This document shows positions 27,905 to 37,616 of a stretch of DNA of 64,000 nucleotides, in pieces. The translations under genes were made by a program, and so were the position numbers. The stretch is from Candidatus Hadarchaeota archaeon. Its GTDB lineage: Archaea > CAYQAE01 > CAYVLA01. The stretch covers positions 7,498-71,497 of the forward strand of contig CAZUNO010000003.1 in assembly GCA_964621445.1 (NCBI GenBank), read 5' to 3'. A model generated the notes under the pieces. The model worked only from the letters and a program-made list of their open reading frames with translations, had not been told where the DNA came from and made no database searches. Positions within the stretch are counted from its first letter, which is position 1. Every line of letters begins with the position of its first letter.

Positions 27905-30130
27905 CTATCCCCCGGGATAGTTCTCATCAACCCATTTCTTTATCCTGGGGGCCAGCCTGCTGCCGATCCCGGGAACGTTGGACAGCTCCGCCACATGGGC
28001 CTCCTTTATATCAGGAAGCCCGCGGTAACCGGCATCCAGAAGGGCTCTCCCTCTAACCCGGCCCACCTGGGGAATGGAAACCAGAGGCAGGACCTCCTCC
28101 TTAATCCCGTATCTTACCCGGTTTCGAAGCTTATCGATCTCTCCCCTCCCCCCGCTTCTCAGGACCCTGCCGATCTCGCTAGCTGCGTAGAGAAGCCAGT
28201 CCGCCGTCTCCAGTTTAGCTCTGAGACCGCCTGGAGCCACCCCAAATCGCTTCATGATGAGGTTCTCCCCGCATTCCTCTATCCAGGCCTCAAACATGGT
28301 GGCGGTCCTCAAGGCCTTCAGGAACTCCTCATATGAATATCCCCATTCATTGGGAATGGGAACTATCCCATCGGACTTCACCTCCTCCATTCGGTCCTCC
28401 ATATCTCCCCAGTCACCCTTGAGCCTCAGTAGCGGTCTCATCTCCACGGTATAACATATCATAAGTAGCAGGGAAAGAGGACTTGGTTTCCTATCCCTCT
28501 TTTTCATTCCCTTCATGGCCTCACATAGCCGGTACCCGGTATCGGGATCTATGTAGAGCTCGGATACCCGCTTGCCGATCTTGGTAGGACGGTACCTCCC
28601 GTCCCTCATTTTGATAAATCCATAATCCACAAGATCCCGGACCACGCCCTCGATCTTGGATTCCAACTCCTCGCTGGCGCCGAATTGATGGCCGTGAAAC
28701 GTGGTACCGATAACCCTCATCAGGTCATGCCACTTGGACACGAAGTCGGATGCTATTAGCCCCAAAATATGCATTCTGAGCACCGGCTCCAGGGCCATCT
28801 TGGACCTTATGGGCTCGATGTCTCCGCGGAGATACCTCTCCTCTATCTCCTTCTCCGACCCCTTGGACTTTGCTATGCATACCGCCTCGCCATGGTCGTC
28901 GTACTGGGGCCTCCCCGCCCGGCCGCACATCTGACGATACTCGAGAACTGGGATATACTCGGCTGCAAATCCGGTGAATCTTTTCAGATTACGAATTACC
29001 ACCCTCATGGCCGGCAGATTAACACCGTAGACCAGGGTGGGGGTCGCAGATACGACCTTGATCAGCCCGGATCTGTAGCTATCCTCAACTATCCTCTTCT
29101 GCTCGCTCGTCTCCCCTGCATGATGAAAAGCTGTTCCCTTTCTGACACAATCGGCCAAACGCTCGCATTGAACTGTGGGGGTCTCCACGGCGGAAAGTAT
29201 CTCGTCGGCCAGACCCGAGAGCTGCAATAGGTGTTCCTCTCCCAGCAGCGACTCCATGGCGGACGCTGCGTCCTCGGCCAGACGCTCGGCCCCCCTGCGG
29301 GTGGACGCAAAGAGAAGTGCTTGTTTTCCCTCTCTAACCACCTCCCGAGCCAACATTATTGCCGGCGAACCGCCCTTCTCGCCCACTTCACGTAGGTCCT
29401 CCTCATCGCCATCGATGAACCTGATCCGTCCGTTTCTGTATATGCCCTGGCTAAGTTTAACCGGTCGCCAGTCGGAGGATACCAACACTCCATCCAGCCA
29501 GGCGGCGACCTCCTCAGGGTTCCCTATGGTTGCCGACAGGGCCAGAATCCTGGTGCTGGGATTCATCTCCCGAAATTTGGTTATCACCATCTCCAGTGTT
29601 GGGCCCCTTCTCTCGGAGTCCATTAGGTGAATCTCATCCACCACTACTATGCCCACGTCATCGAACCACATGGGCCTGGACCTGAGTATGGAATCGCATC
29701 TCTCCGAGGTGGTGATAAGGATATCAAAATTCAAGTGGTAGGGCGACCTCGAAAGATCTCGATCCCCGGTTTGTACCCTCACCTTGTATCCAAGTGGGGA
29801 ATATTTTTTCTCGAACTCCGTGTGTTTCTCCTTGGCCAATGCCCGTAAGGGCACTATGTAGACCACCTTCATTCCGTATTTGACCAGCGCTTCCATGAAT
29901 GCAAACTCGGCCACGGCGGTTTTTCCGCTGGCGGTGGCTGAGCATATGACCATGTTCCGATCGCCCAAAGCCCCCTTTTCTAATGCAAGTTTCTGCACCG
30001 GGTTGAGCTCCTGGTACCCCGATTTCTCCATTACCAACTTGACGACATCTTTTTCAGCCCGATCCTCTTCCCGGTCCTCGGGTTCCACAAGTCGTCTCTG
30101 ACCTCTGAGATCTCTTCCCGATAGCCTCAA
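27905..30130 (-). CDS. hel308: Hel308/Hjm (Ski2-like) DNA helicase
   Basis: SATASGKT (motif I), VDEIH (motif II) and SATIGN (motif III), plus a C-terminal HhH. Probable true start about 30031 (MEKSGYQELNPVQ). Confidence 0.85.
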   Translation of the reverse strand: MRLSGRDLRGQRRLVEPEDREEDRAEKDVVKLVMEKSGYQELNPVQKLALEKGALGDRNMVICSATASGKTAVAEFAFMEALVKYGMKVVYIVPLRALAKEKHTEFEKKYSPLGYKVRVQTGDRDLSRSPYHLNFDILITTSERCDSILRSRPMWFDDVGIVVVDEIHLMDSERRGPTLEMVITKFREMNPSTRILALSATIGNPEEVAAWLDGVLVSSDWRPVKLSQGIYRNGRIRFIDGDEEDLREVGEKGGSPAIMLAREVVREGKQALLFASTRRGAERLAEDAASAMESLLGEEHLLQLSGLADEILSAVETPTVQCERLADCVRKGTAFHHAGETSEQKRIVEDSYRSGLIKVVSATPTLVYGVNLPAMRVVIRNLKRFTGFAAEYIPVLEYRQMCGRAGRPQYDDHGEAVCIAKSKGSEKEIEERYLRGDIEPIRSKMALEPVLRMHILGLIASDFVSKWHDLMRVIGTTFHGHQFGASEELESKIEGVVRDLVDYGFIKMRDGRYRPTKIGKRVSELYIDPDTGYRLCEAMKGMKKRDRKPSPLSLLLMICYTVEMRPLLRLKGDWGDMEDRMEEVKSDGIVPIPNEWGYSYEEFLKALRTATMFEAWIEECGENLIMKRFGVAPGGLRAKLETADWLLYAASEIGRVLRSGGRGEIDKLRNRVRYGIKEEVLPLVSIPQVGRVRGRALLDAGYRGLPDIKEAHVAELSNVPGIGSRLAPRIKKWVDENYPGG

Positions 30131-30170
30131 CGTGGTTAAATGGGCAGGACGACGAATAAATCTTCTGAAA

Positions 30171-31373
30171 CTAGGAAAGGTTTGAAATCTCTCTTGCCAG
30201 ACTCATCTGTCTACTGAAAGCTCCCTTCGCCTTTCCCCGTCTTGTTAGGTCGCCGATATTGCCCATTACTTCACTTGAAATTGGTGCCGGCTGCTCCCCG
30301 GCCATCGATGAGCCGGACAGGGGCATGAAATGATGAATCCTGATCTCACATCCCCGGTCGACGAGCTCGGAGATCAAACCCACGGTTTCCAGCTGATCGC
30401 TCTCGGTTTCTCCTGGAAAACCGAACATCAAATCCACACAGGGAACCAGGCCTGCATCCAATAGAATATCCACCGCGGAACGAATATCCCTCACCTTATG
30501 TCCCCTTCTCATTTTCCTGAGAATATCATCCGATCCCGATTGCCCCCCGATACTCACTCGTTCATTATCCGCCAATCGGGATATCAGATCTGCAGTCTCT
30601 GGGGTCACGAAATCCGGTCTGGCCTCGCTGGGAAAGGTTGAGAAGAATATCCTCTTCCTTCCCGGGAGGTTTCTCAGGGATTCTAGAAGCTCCTGAACCC
30701 GTGAAACATTGGGATTTCCATTCATTGACCCGTAACCCAATGAGTTAGGAGATATGAATCTGAAATCCCACCGATCCCTTAGCTCAACCAATCTCCTGGC
30801 AGCCTCCAGAACCGAGCCAACGGACCTGTGACGAAGTGGTCCGCAGCATTTCGGAACCGAACAATACCTGCATTTAAAGAGACATCCCCGGCTGATCTCA
30901 AGTGGGGGGTACAGAGCATGCTTGAAGGAAACCGGTGGGTAGCGGTCAAGGCTATCGATGGGTTCTCCCCTTACGATGGGCCATGAACCCGGCCTTTTTT
31001 CTCCACAGAGCGCATTCAATACACCAGGGAAAATTATCTCCCCTTCACCCCTCACCACGGCGTCAAACCCGATTTCCAGCACCTTTTCCGGCGATCCCGT
31101 CGCATGGGGCCCACCAGCAAGCAGTTTTGCCTCATGACCGAATTCTTTCCTGATGTCCCTTACCAGTGACATCGTTTCCAGGAATTCCGTGGTCATGAAG
31201 GACATGCAACATATCACCGGTTTGAAATCCGGGATGAGCCGACCTATACGGGAAATAACATCCTTGGAGAGGAATACCTTCCCCTCAAAATCCGACTGCT
31301 CTATGGAATTGACCAGAGGAACGTAGCTATACCAATTTCTATTCGTAGTATGAAAGACGATCGCTGGTCTCAA
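30171..31373 (-). CDS. B12-binding-domain radical SAM protein
   Basis: N-terminal B12-binding-like domain plus a CLFKCRYC (CX3CX2C) radical SAM cluster motif. Confidence 0.7.
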   Translation of the reverse strand: MRPAIVFHTTNRNWYSYVPLVNSIEQSDFEGKVFLSKDVISRIGRLIPDFKPVICCMSFMTTEFLETMSLVRDIRKEFGHEAKLLAGGPHATGSPEKVLEIGFDAVVRGEGEIIFPGVLNALCGEKRPGSWPIVRGEPIDSLDRYPPVSFKHALYPPLEISRGCLFKCRYCSVPKCCGPLRHRSVGSVLEAARRLVELRDRWDFRFISPNSLGYGSMNGNPNVSRVQELLESLRNLPGRKRIFFSTFPSEARPDFVTPETADLISRLADNERVSIGGQSGSDDILRKMRRGHKVRDIRSAVDILLDAGLVPCVDLMFGFPGETESDQLETVGLISELVDRGCEIRIHHFMPLSGSSMAGEQPAPISSEVMGNIGDLTRRGKAKGAFSRQMSLAREISNLS

Positions 31374-31386
31374 CTCATCTCCTCAG

Positions 31387-32523
31387 CTAAATCCCGATGA
31401 GAAGGGGGAGGTCCTGAAGCTTTCCCTCGGGCAGGACACCGTCTGCATACCTCTCAACCATGCCCCCCTTATCATATGCTATTCCGGTTCCCGCCTTCCG
31501 AATAATTGAAAGGTCATTCGCCCCATCACCCACCGCCAATACCTGGTCCAGGGTTAAGCCGAGGTCGCTGGCCAGCTCCTTCATCTTCCTGCACTTCATC
31601 TCCCGGTCGATGACCTTCCCTCTCACCGTTCCGGTCAGACGCCCGTCCTTGATCTCAACCTCATTCCCTATGGCGTGGTCCATTCCAAGTCTCTGTCTGG
31701 CCTTCTCGGTGAAGAAGGTGAAAGCACCGCTTATGATTGATGTCTTCATGCCTCCCATTCTCAGCCTTCTCAGGAGCTGGGACACGCCCTCCGTGGTATC
31801 CGCCTTGGCCCAAACGTCCTGCAACTGTTCCTCGGTGACCCCTCTCAGGAGGGCAACCCTCTGTAGAAATGATCTCCTGTAATCCAATTCACCCGACATG
31901 GATCTCTCTGTAAGCTCCTCGACCTGTTCCTTCTTTCCCGCCACCTTCCCAACCTCAACTATAAGTTCCTGGGCCACCAGGGTGCTATCAAGGTCAAAAC
32001 AGGCCAGCTTCTTTCCTTTTTTAAAAAGGGAAAGGGGCTGGGAGATCATCCCTAAATCATGCCTCTCCGCCATATCAAGGAAATCCGGTCTCTTCTCGAT
32101 TAGAGGGGTATGTCTCTCAGTGGAAAGACGGAAGTCCAAAGCGGCTGGCTGACCGGGATTGTGGTCCATCCTCACCAGGTCCAGTCCTGGGACCTCGTTT
32201 GAGAGATTCTCAAGCTTTCCTAGAAGGGCGGATTGACATTCCTCGGTCCTATGGACATTTCCAACCGCTCTAATAAACCAGTCCGATCCGGGAGGCGGGG
32301 GGTTATCGGCCACGGGGTTTCCCAGAGAAACGGAAATTCCCGGACCAACGATATCGGAGACTCTTTGGGTGGAGGTAGAGGAGGCAAGCCAGACATAGAG
32401 TAGGGTCTCCTTCCTCAGGGTTCCCAGGAGCGACAGACCTTCCTTGTCGAGAATTCTAACGATTTCTATTGCAGAATCGGTGGGATCCAGTTTCAGCAGG
32501 AAGATCTTACCCCTGGGGGTCAT
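31387..32523 (-). CDS. serB: Phosphoserine phosphatase with N-terminal ACT domains
   Basis: HAD motif I FDLDSTL and a conserved Lys/Asp C-terminal HAD motif (GDGANDL). Two ACT-like N-terminal repeats. Confidence 0.8.
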   Translation of the reverse strand: MTPRGKIFLLKLDPTDSAIEIVRILDKEGLSLLGTLRKETLLYVWLASSTSTQRVSDIVGPGISVSLGNPVADNPPPPGSDWFIRAVGNVHRTEECQSALLGKLENLSNEVPGLDLVRMDHNPGQPAALDFRLSTERHTPLIEKRPDFLDMAERHDLGMISQPLSLFKKGKKLACFDLDSTLVAQELIVEVGKVAGKKEQVEELTERSMSGELDYRRSFLQRVALLRGVTEEQLQDVWAKADTTEGVSQLLRRLRMGGMKTSIISGAFTFFTEKARQRLGMDHAIGNEVEIKDGRLTGTVRGKVIDREMKCRKMKELASDLGLTLDQVLAVGDGANDLSIIRKAGTGIAYDKGGMVERYADGVLPEGKLQDLPLLIGI

Positions 32524-32638
32524 GCCTTGGGCACGTCTAAGTTAGCTAATTAATATTGTCGCCTTGAGATTGTCCTTTCCAGTCCTGGATTTTGGTATCC
32601 GAATAGATTTTATAAGCTCAAGAGGACTTGGAAGAAAG

Positions 32639-33718
32639 ATGGAAAACGGTGTCTCCCGGCGGCAATTCATCAAGGCCAGCTTTGCTGCATCCGCCCTTGC
32701 GCTTGCAGGTTCCAAAACGGTCGCTGCCCAAACGGAGCCGGGACCCGACTCCATAATAATGGCCAGGGACGGGACCCCAAATGAGCTGGTATCAGCGGCC
32801 CTGGAGCCCATCGGGGGGATGGAACGTTTTGTCAGCCCCGGTGACACCGTGCTGGTTAAGCCTAACGCAAGTTTCGCCGTTGGACCCGATACGGGACCCA
32901 ACACGAACACGGCCGTTGCATCAACGGTAGTTGGGCTGGCCCTCGAGGCAGGGGCAGACCGGGTTGTCTTGGCCGATCACACCATAAGTAAGCCTGGTTC
33001 AATAACCACCAAAATCAATGGGCTCAAATCCGCGGCAGAGAGCTACGGAGGAGAGTTCCTCGTCCTACAGGAAAGCTCAGATTTTCAATCGGTACCCGTT
33101 GAAGGGGCAACAACGCTGACCGACACCGATGTCGCAAATATTTACCTAGATTCCGACACCCTCATCAACCTCCCCGTGCTCAAACACCATGACGCAACCG
33201 GCTGTTCCATTGGTCTCAAGAACCTGATGGGTCTCGTATATGACCGTAGCTTTTTCCACAAATACGGGCTCTACACCTGCATTGCGGAACTGTCCCTGGC
33301 CATCAAGCCCGACATTACCATCGTGGATGCCACCAGGACATTAATGACAAACGGTCCTCGAGGACCCGGCGAAACACAAGACCTGGGCAGGATTGTAGCG
33401 GGTGTAGATCCAGTGGGCGTGGACGTCGCATGCATCGGACTGGGCTCTTCTCTAGGCTATTCGGGTTTTGATCTGGATAGGCATAATGAGTATATATCCA
33501 TTGCACAGGACCTTGGTATCGGCGATGGTAATCAGGCGTCCGTGGCCGCCAAGACCTTTGACTGGGACTCCTCCCAACAGGATTGGAAGTGCATCGCAAC
33601 CGAGGATAATGGAGGTCTGCCGGAATGGACTCCCTACGCATCCCTATCCCTGGCATCGATTGCACTGGGACTGGCTGCCACCACTTTCGACCGCAGGAGG
33701 GGCCGGGATGTCCAGTAA
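32639..33718 (+). CDS. TAT-exported DUF362 domain protein
   Basis: Twin-arginine signal (SRRQFIKASFAASALALAGS). DUF362 motifs (VLVKPNASF; IGLKNLMG; IVDA). Confidence 0.6.
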   Translation: MENGVSRRQFIKASFAASALALAGSKTVAAQTEPGPDSIIMARDGTPNELVSAALEPIGGMERFVSPGDTVLVKPNASFAVGPDTGPNTNTAVASTVVGLALEAGADRVVLADHTISKPGSITTKINGLKSAAESYGGEFLVLQESSDFQSVPVEGATTLTDTDVANIYLDSDTLINLPVLKHHDATGCSIGLKNLMGLVYDRSFFHKYGLYTCIAELSLAIKPDITIVDATRTLMTNGPRGPGETQDLGRIVAGVDPVGVDVACIGLGSSLGYSGFDLDRHNEYISIAQDLGIGDGNQASVAAKTFDWDSSQQDWKCIATEDNGGLPEWTPYASLSLASIALGLAATTFDRRRGRDVQ

Positions 33719-34385
33719 GGATGGGGAAAATACACCGTTCAACGATATGAGCAGGCGCAAATTCCTCGGGGTTGTCGCTGCAGGCGGTGCTATCTCAGTG
33801 GCCGGGATTAGCATGGGCGGGAAAACAGAGGAAGTCGATCTACTCAGGCCACCGGGCTCCATCGAGGAGGATGGATTTCTATCCCTCTGTGCTCGCTGTG
33901 GGAGATGTGTGAGCGTGTGTCCCAACTCGGCGCTGCGCCTCCAGGGATTTGAAAATGGTGTACATAATTGGTTGACCCCGGAGCTAGTTCCGGGAAATGG
34001 CTATTGCATCATGCCCGTAAACGGTTGTCAGAGGTGCATAGAGGCCTGTCCGGCCAAGGTTCTCCAGCCCATCGATCTGGAGGACGTGGCTCCTGGCGAG
34101 CTATCAGGCCGGCTGAAGATGGGAACGGCGTCGGTGGACACCGACATCTGTATCCCCTATTCCCTTAAGCAGCCCTGTCTTGCATGTAAGGAGATATGTC
34201 CCGTTGAGGGAGCAATAACCACACACGGAGGAGAGGGAGAGGGAGGCCGGATCAAGAAACCCGAGTTCAATAACGATATTTGCGTGGGGTGCGGGGCGTG
34301 TGAGAATGCCTGTCCCACCACCCCCAAAGCGGTTACCGTATCCTCGGAAGGTGCCTTGAGAACCGGGTGGAGGGACAGAATATGA
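33708..34385 (+). CDS. TAT-exported 4Fe-4S ferredoxin
   Basis: The N-terminus carries a twin-arginine signal, SRRKFLGVVAAGG. There are four CxxCxxCxxxCP-type clusters. Start chosen at the ATG that overlaps the upstream stop. The ORF-track extension to 33468 overlaps the DUF362 gene and is rejected. Confidence 0.6.
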   Translation: MSSKDGENTPFNDMSRRKFLGVVAAGGAISVAGISMGGKTEEVDLLRPPGSIEEDGFLSLCARCGRCVSVCPNSALRLQGFENGVHNWLTPELVPGNGYCIMPVNGCQRCIEACPAKVLQPIDLEDVAPGELSGRLKMGTASVDTDICIPYSLKQPCLACKEICPVEGAITTHGGEGEGGRIKKPEFNNDICVGCGACENACPTTPKAVTVSSEGALRTGWRDRI

Positions 34386-35152
34386 CTGAGGAGAAAGGCT
34401 TTCTCTCCTCCATAAAGGCCAGGTACCTCAGGCACATCGTCCAGGCCCAGGTGATGATCGTGATGATATATGCGGTCAGCCATCCGCAGATCCCGGTCTT
34501 CGTTCTTTGGAGGATCGACCCTCTGCTGAGTTTCGGTGCCGCCCTGTCAGGGGAGGTAATTGCTCTTGGATTCATAATTCTGGCCATTGCCATGCTAGTT
34601 CTCGCCGCAATCCTTGGCCGGGCTTTCTGCGGATGGGTGTGTCCCATCGGGTTCCTCCAGGATTTAACCTCCTATGGCACAAATAAGAAATGGATGCCCG
34701 AATCCCTCAGATACGTCAAATACGCGCTATTAATCGGAGGTCTCGGCATGGCCGCTGTGTCGGGCTGGAATTTTCTGCATTGGATAACACCACTAAGCAT
34801 GTTTCCTAGAGGTATTTCACCGGTCTGGGAGTGGTTCGATACCTCAGTATTTGGGCTTTCCATCCTATTATTGGCCCTGGGGTTTTCTGCCGTTACCGAA
34901 AAGAGAGCCTGGTGCAGGTATGTGTGCCCTCTCGGAGCAATGCACTCCCTTCCCTCCGGGTTCCGCGCGGTAGGAATCGACCTCGACCGGGATAAATGCA
35001 TCAAATGCATGAAATGTGAGAAGGCATGTACAATGGGCATCATAGACATAAAGGGGCAATGGGGGTTGAGATGGGATTCCGAGTGTATCGACTGCCTTTC
35101 CTGCCGTGATGTCTGTCCGGTTGATGCCATAAATCTATCAACTAGGTTTTGA
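34367..35152 (+). CDS. NapH/MauN/NosR-type membrane-bound polyferredoxin
   Basis: CGWVCPIGFLQD signature, 4-5 TM helices and two C-terminal CxxCxxCxxxCP motifs. An alternative start at 34382 overlaps the upstream stop. Confidence 0.6.
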   Translation: MEGQNMTEEKGFLSSIKARYLRHIVQAQVMIVMIYAVSHPQIPVFVLWRIDPLLSFGAALSGEVIALGFIILAIAMLVLAAILGRAFCGWVCPIGFLQDLTSYGTNKKWMPESLRYVKYALLIGGLGMAAVSGWNFLHWITPLSMFPRGISPVWEWFDTSVFGLSILLLALGFSAVTEKRAWCRYVCPLGAMHSLPSGFRAVGIDLDRDKCIKCMKCEKACTMGIIDIKGQWGLRWDSECIDCLSCRDVCPVDAINLSTRF

Positions 35153-35162
35153 TACGGAAATC

Positions 35163-35591
35163 ATGCGAATTTTATTCATACATGTGGAATCATTTCATTA
35201 CGAGGTAAAGGAAAGCACCCCGGTGGCCATGGATATTGGCCCATCGGAGAGGGAGAAAACCCTGGGAGAATCGCTCCTCGTCCTCTATGCCGTCGAGGAT
35301 GTCGATGAAAAAGATCCTATAATGGTGTCCGAACTGGCTGCACTGCAAATCGAGGAATACCTCTCAACTATAGGCAAGAAACAGATAGTGCTCTTCCCCT
35401 TCGCCTACCTTATAGGTAAGGACGAGAAAGGCTCTGCATCCACCGCAGGTAGGATGCATCATCTACTTATGGATGCCCTTGGGAAGAGGGACTTGCCGGT
35501 AGTTCCCTTTGGATGGTATAAAAAATTCTCCTTAACCTCTAAAGGACACCGATATGCGGTTCATTCCGCCAGGGTTGTCCCCGAAGGTTAG
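35163..35591 (+). CDS. Stand-alone archaeal ThrRS N-terminal editing-domain homolog (putative trans-editing deacylase)
   Basis: MRILFIHVESFHYEVKE...VLFPFAYL...VPFGWYKKFSLTSKGH matches the archaeal ThrRS N-terminal editing domain pattern (MxxLLIHSDYxEYExKxK ... PFGWYKAFKISCKGH). Only 142 aa. Confidence 0.55.
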   Translation: MRILFIHVESFHYEVKESTPVAMDIGPSEREKTLGESLLVLYAVEDVDEKDPIMVSELAALQIEEYLSTIGKKQIVLFPFAYLIGKDEKGSASTAGRMHHLLMDALGKRDLPVVPFGWYKKFSLTSKGHRYAVHSARVVPEG

Positions 35592-35594
35592 TCA

Positions 35595-36155
35595 TCAGCC
35601 CTTGTTGGCCTTGTCCAGAAGCTTCATCATGAGGTCCTGTTCCCGGTTCTTTCTCGACTCGTATATGGAATCCACGACCTTCCTCGCTTTATCCCTCTTC
35701 TCGAGTCGCATAAGCTCATCAACATACTCCTTGTCTATGCCGGTGAGGAGCCGAGACCGGCGTTTTCCACCATTCGTCGACCCATCTGGCTTACCAGCTC
35801 TGGACTTCACTCTTTCTATCTCCTCTTCCTCTTCCATCATTTCCAGTATTTCAATATACTCTTTATCTATTGGAGAGAGTCCATCACCATCAACGTTCCT
35901 TCTTCTGTTATAGGAAAGGTCTAATGCCTCCTCGGCCTCTTCCTTATTCCCACCCTCCAGCAGGGCCTCGTAGCATTCCCTTTCCTCCGGGGTAAACAGG
36001 GAATCCTGTTTTCTCTTGCTTTTCTGATAGAATTCATCCACTTTGTTCTTCGCGTCTTCGTTATAGCCAAGTCTGATGAGTTGCTCGATATAATCTCTGT
36101 CCAGGGGTGACATAAGCGCCCCCTGGAAAACCTTGACTACCTCTTGCTCAGACAT
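35595..36155 (-). CDS. Acidic repeat protein with three ~25-30 aa [ST]P-[IL]D-[KR][ED]Y[IV][ED]xL repeats
   Basis: SPLDRDYIEQLIRL / SPIDKEYIEILEMM / TGIDKEYVDELMRL, with K/E-rich linkers. No known domain recognised. Confidence 0.45.
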   Translation of the reverse strand: MSEQEVVKVFQGALMSPLDRDYIEQLIRLGYNEDAKNKVDEFYQKSKRKQDSLFTPEERECYEALLEGGNKEEAEEALDLSYNRRRNVDGDGLSPIDKEYIEILEMMEEEEEIERVKSRAGKPDGSTNGGKRRSRLLTGIDKEYVDELMRLEKRDKARKVVDSIYESRKNREQDLMMKLLDKANKG

Positions 36156-36365
36156 CCCATCACTTCTTCACGGATCCTATTGAACTGGGTTAGCTAAAAT
36201 GATTTAATATATAAATATCTTGCATTATACCTGAAAAAAATTTTGTATTTTACTATAATTATTTTTCAAATTGAATATTTTCCCTTTGAAATCTCTTCTC
36301 CTTCCTTGATCCCCCCGGGAATTTTATCAGATCATAATAGTTATCTGTTCCCTGAACAAGACGTC
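36156..36365. promoter_or_regulatory. AT-rich divergent promoter region
   Basis: 210 bp of AT-rich sequence with several TATA-like elements (AATATATAAATAT; TTTTACTATAATTATTT). Flanked by divergently transcribed genes. Confidence 0.45.
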
Positions 36366-37616
36366 ATGGGAATATCCATGGCCCAACTCGCAATTGATGG
36401 TGGCCCCAAAACAAGGGACAGATCTTTTCCAGGCTCTAGGTGGATAGGAAATGAGGAATTAAAGGAACTCGTTGACGTGATCTATTCCCAGAAGCTAAAC
36501 CGCGTCGCGGGAACGAAGGTATCCAAACTCGAGAAGGAATTCTCAGAACTCTATGGTGTTAACCACGGCATAGCCTCCACCTCGGGGACATCCTCAATAC
36601 ACGTTGCCTTGGGAGCAATCAATCCTGATCCTGGGTCGGAGGTAATTACCACCGGAATCTCCGATATGGGAAGCATAATCCCAATACTGGCCCAGAACTG
36701 CATCCCGATATTTGCCGATATGGACCCCAAGACCTACTCAATGGATCCAGATGACCTAAAGGATAAGATAAGCGAGAGAACCAAGGCGGTGATCGCCATT
36801 CATCTGTTCGGGCTAATGGGGAATATGGAAGAAATCCGTGATATATGTGATGAAAATGACATATACCTTATCGAGGATGCCTGCCAGGCCCATATGGCCG
36901 AAAGCAATCAGAAATTGGCAGGGACATATGGCCATTTCGGGTGCTTCAGCTTCCAGCAATCAAAGCAGATAACATGTGGGGACGGGGGCATGACCATTAC
37001 CGACGATCCCGACCTAGCTTCACGGGCCCGTCTTTTTGCGGATAAGGCATGGCCTAGGGAAGGAGGATGGGCAAAGCGGGGCTACCTTTTCTTTGCCATG
37101 AACTACCGCATGACCGAGCTACAGGGAGCGGTTGCCCTGGCCCAGCTGAAGAAAGTGAAGGCGATAGTGGATAAGAGGAGAAAACTAGCCTCGCAACTCT
37201 CTGCCGGACTGGAAGAGGCCCAGGGCGTGAATACCCCCTGGGTTCCGGAAGGGTCAAAACACTCCTGGTGGCTTTATCCAATAACCATAGACCAGGAACT
37301 GCTCGGAGTTACGCCTGAGGAATTTGCTAAGGCGGTGAGCGAGGAGGGAATACCGATTTCCCAGGGCTACATAAAACGTCCTCTGTACATGTTCCCGGTT
37401 CTCACCGAGAAGAGGACATACGGATCATCCCACTGCCCCTTTGATTGCCCCATCTATGGAAAAGAGATCGAGTACAGAAAAGGCCTGTGCCCGGAAACGG
37501 AGCGCATACTGGAGGAAGTCATTACCCTGCGGGTCTGGGAATCCTGGGAAGAAAGCGATGTCCAGGACGCAGCCGAGGGGATAATCAAGGTGAGTGACCA
37601 CTACGCCAAACCGTGA
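36366..37616 (+). CDS. DegT/DnrJ/EryC1/StrS family PLP-dependent aminotransferase
   Basis: The PLP-Lys region SFQQSKQITCGDGGMTITDD is present. Length is typical (~416 aa) from the ATG at 36366. Confidence 0.8.
   Translation: MGISMAQLAIDGGPKTRDRSFPGSRWIGNEELKELVDVIYSQKLNRVAGTKVSKLEKEFSELYGVNHGIASTSGTSSIHVALGAINPDPGSEVITTGISDMGSIIPILAQNCIPIFADMDPKTYSMDPDDLKDKISERTKAVIAIHLFGLMGNMEEIRDICDENDIYLIEDACQAHMAESNQKLAGTYGHFGCFSFQQSKQITCGDGGMTITDDPDLASRARLFADKAWPREGGWAKRGYLFFAMNYRMTELQGAVALAQLKKVKAIVDKRRKLASQLSAGLEEAQGVNTPWVPEGSKHSWWLYPITIDQELLGVTPEEFAKAVSEEGIPISQGYIKRPLYMFPVLTEKRTYGSSHCPFDCPIYGKEIEYRKGLCPETERILEEVITLRVWESWEESDVQDAAEGIIKVSDHYAKP

Noticed and set aside
33468-33707. Upstream extension of the ferredoxin ORF overlapping the DUF362 gene by 250 bp
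   Set aside because: The extension is in another frame of a well-supported gene. An ATG with a twin-arginine signal immediately follows at 33708.
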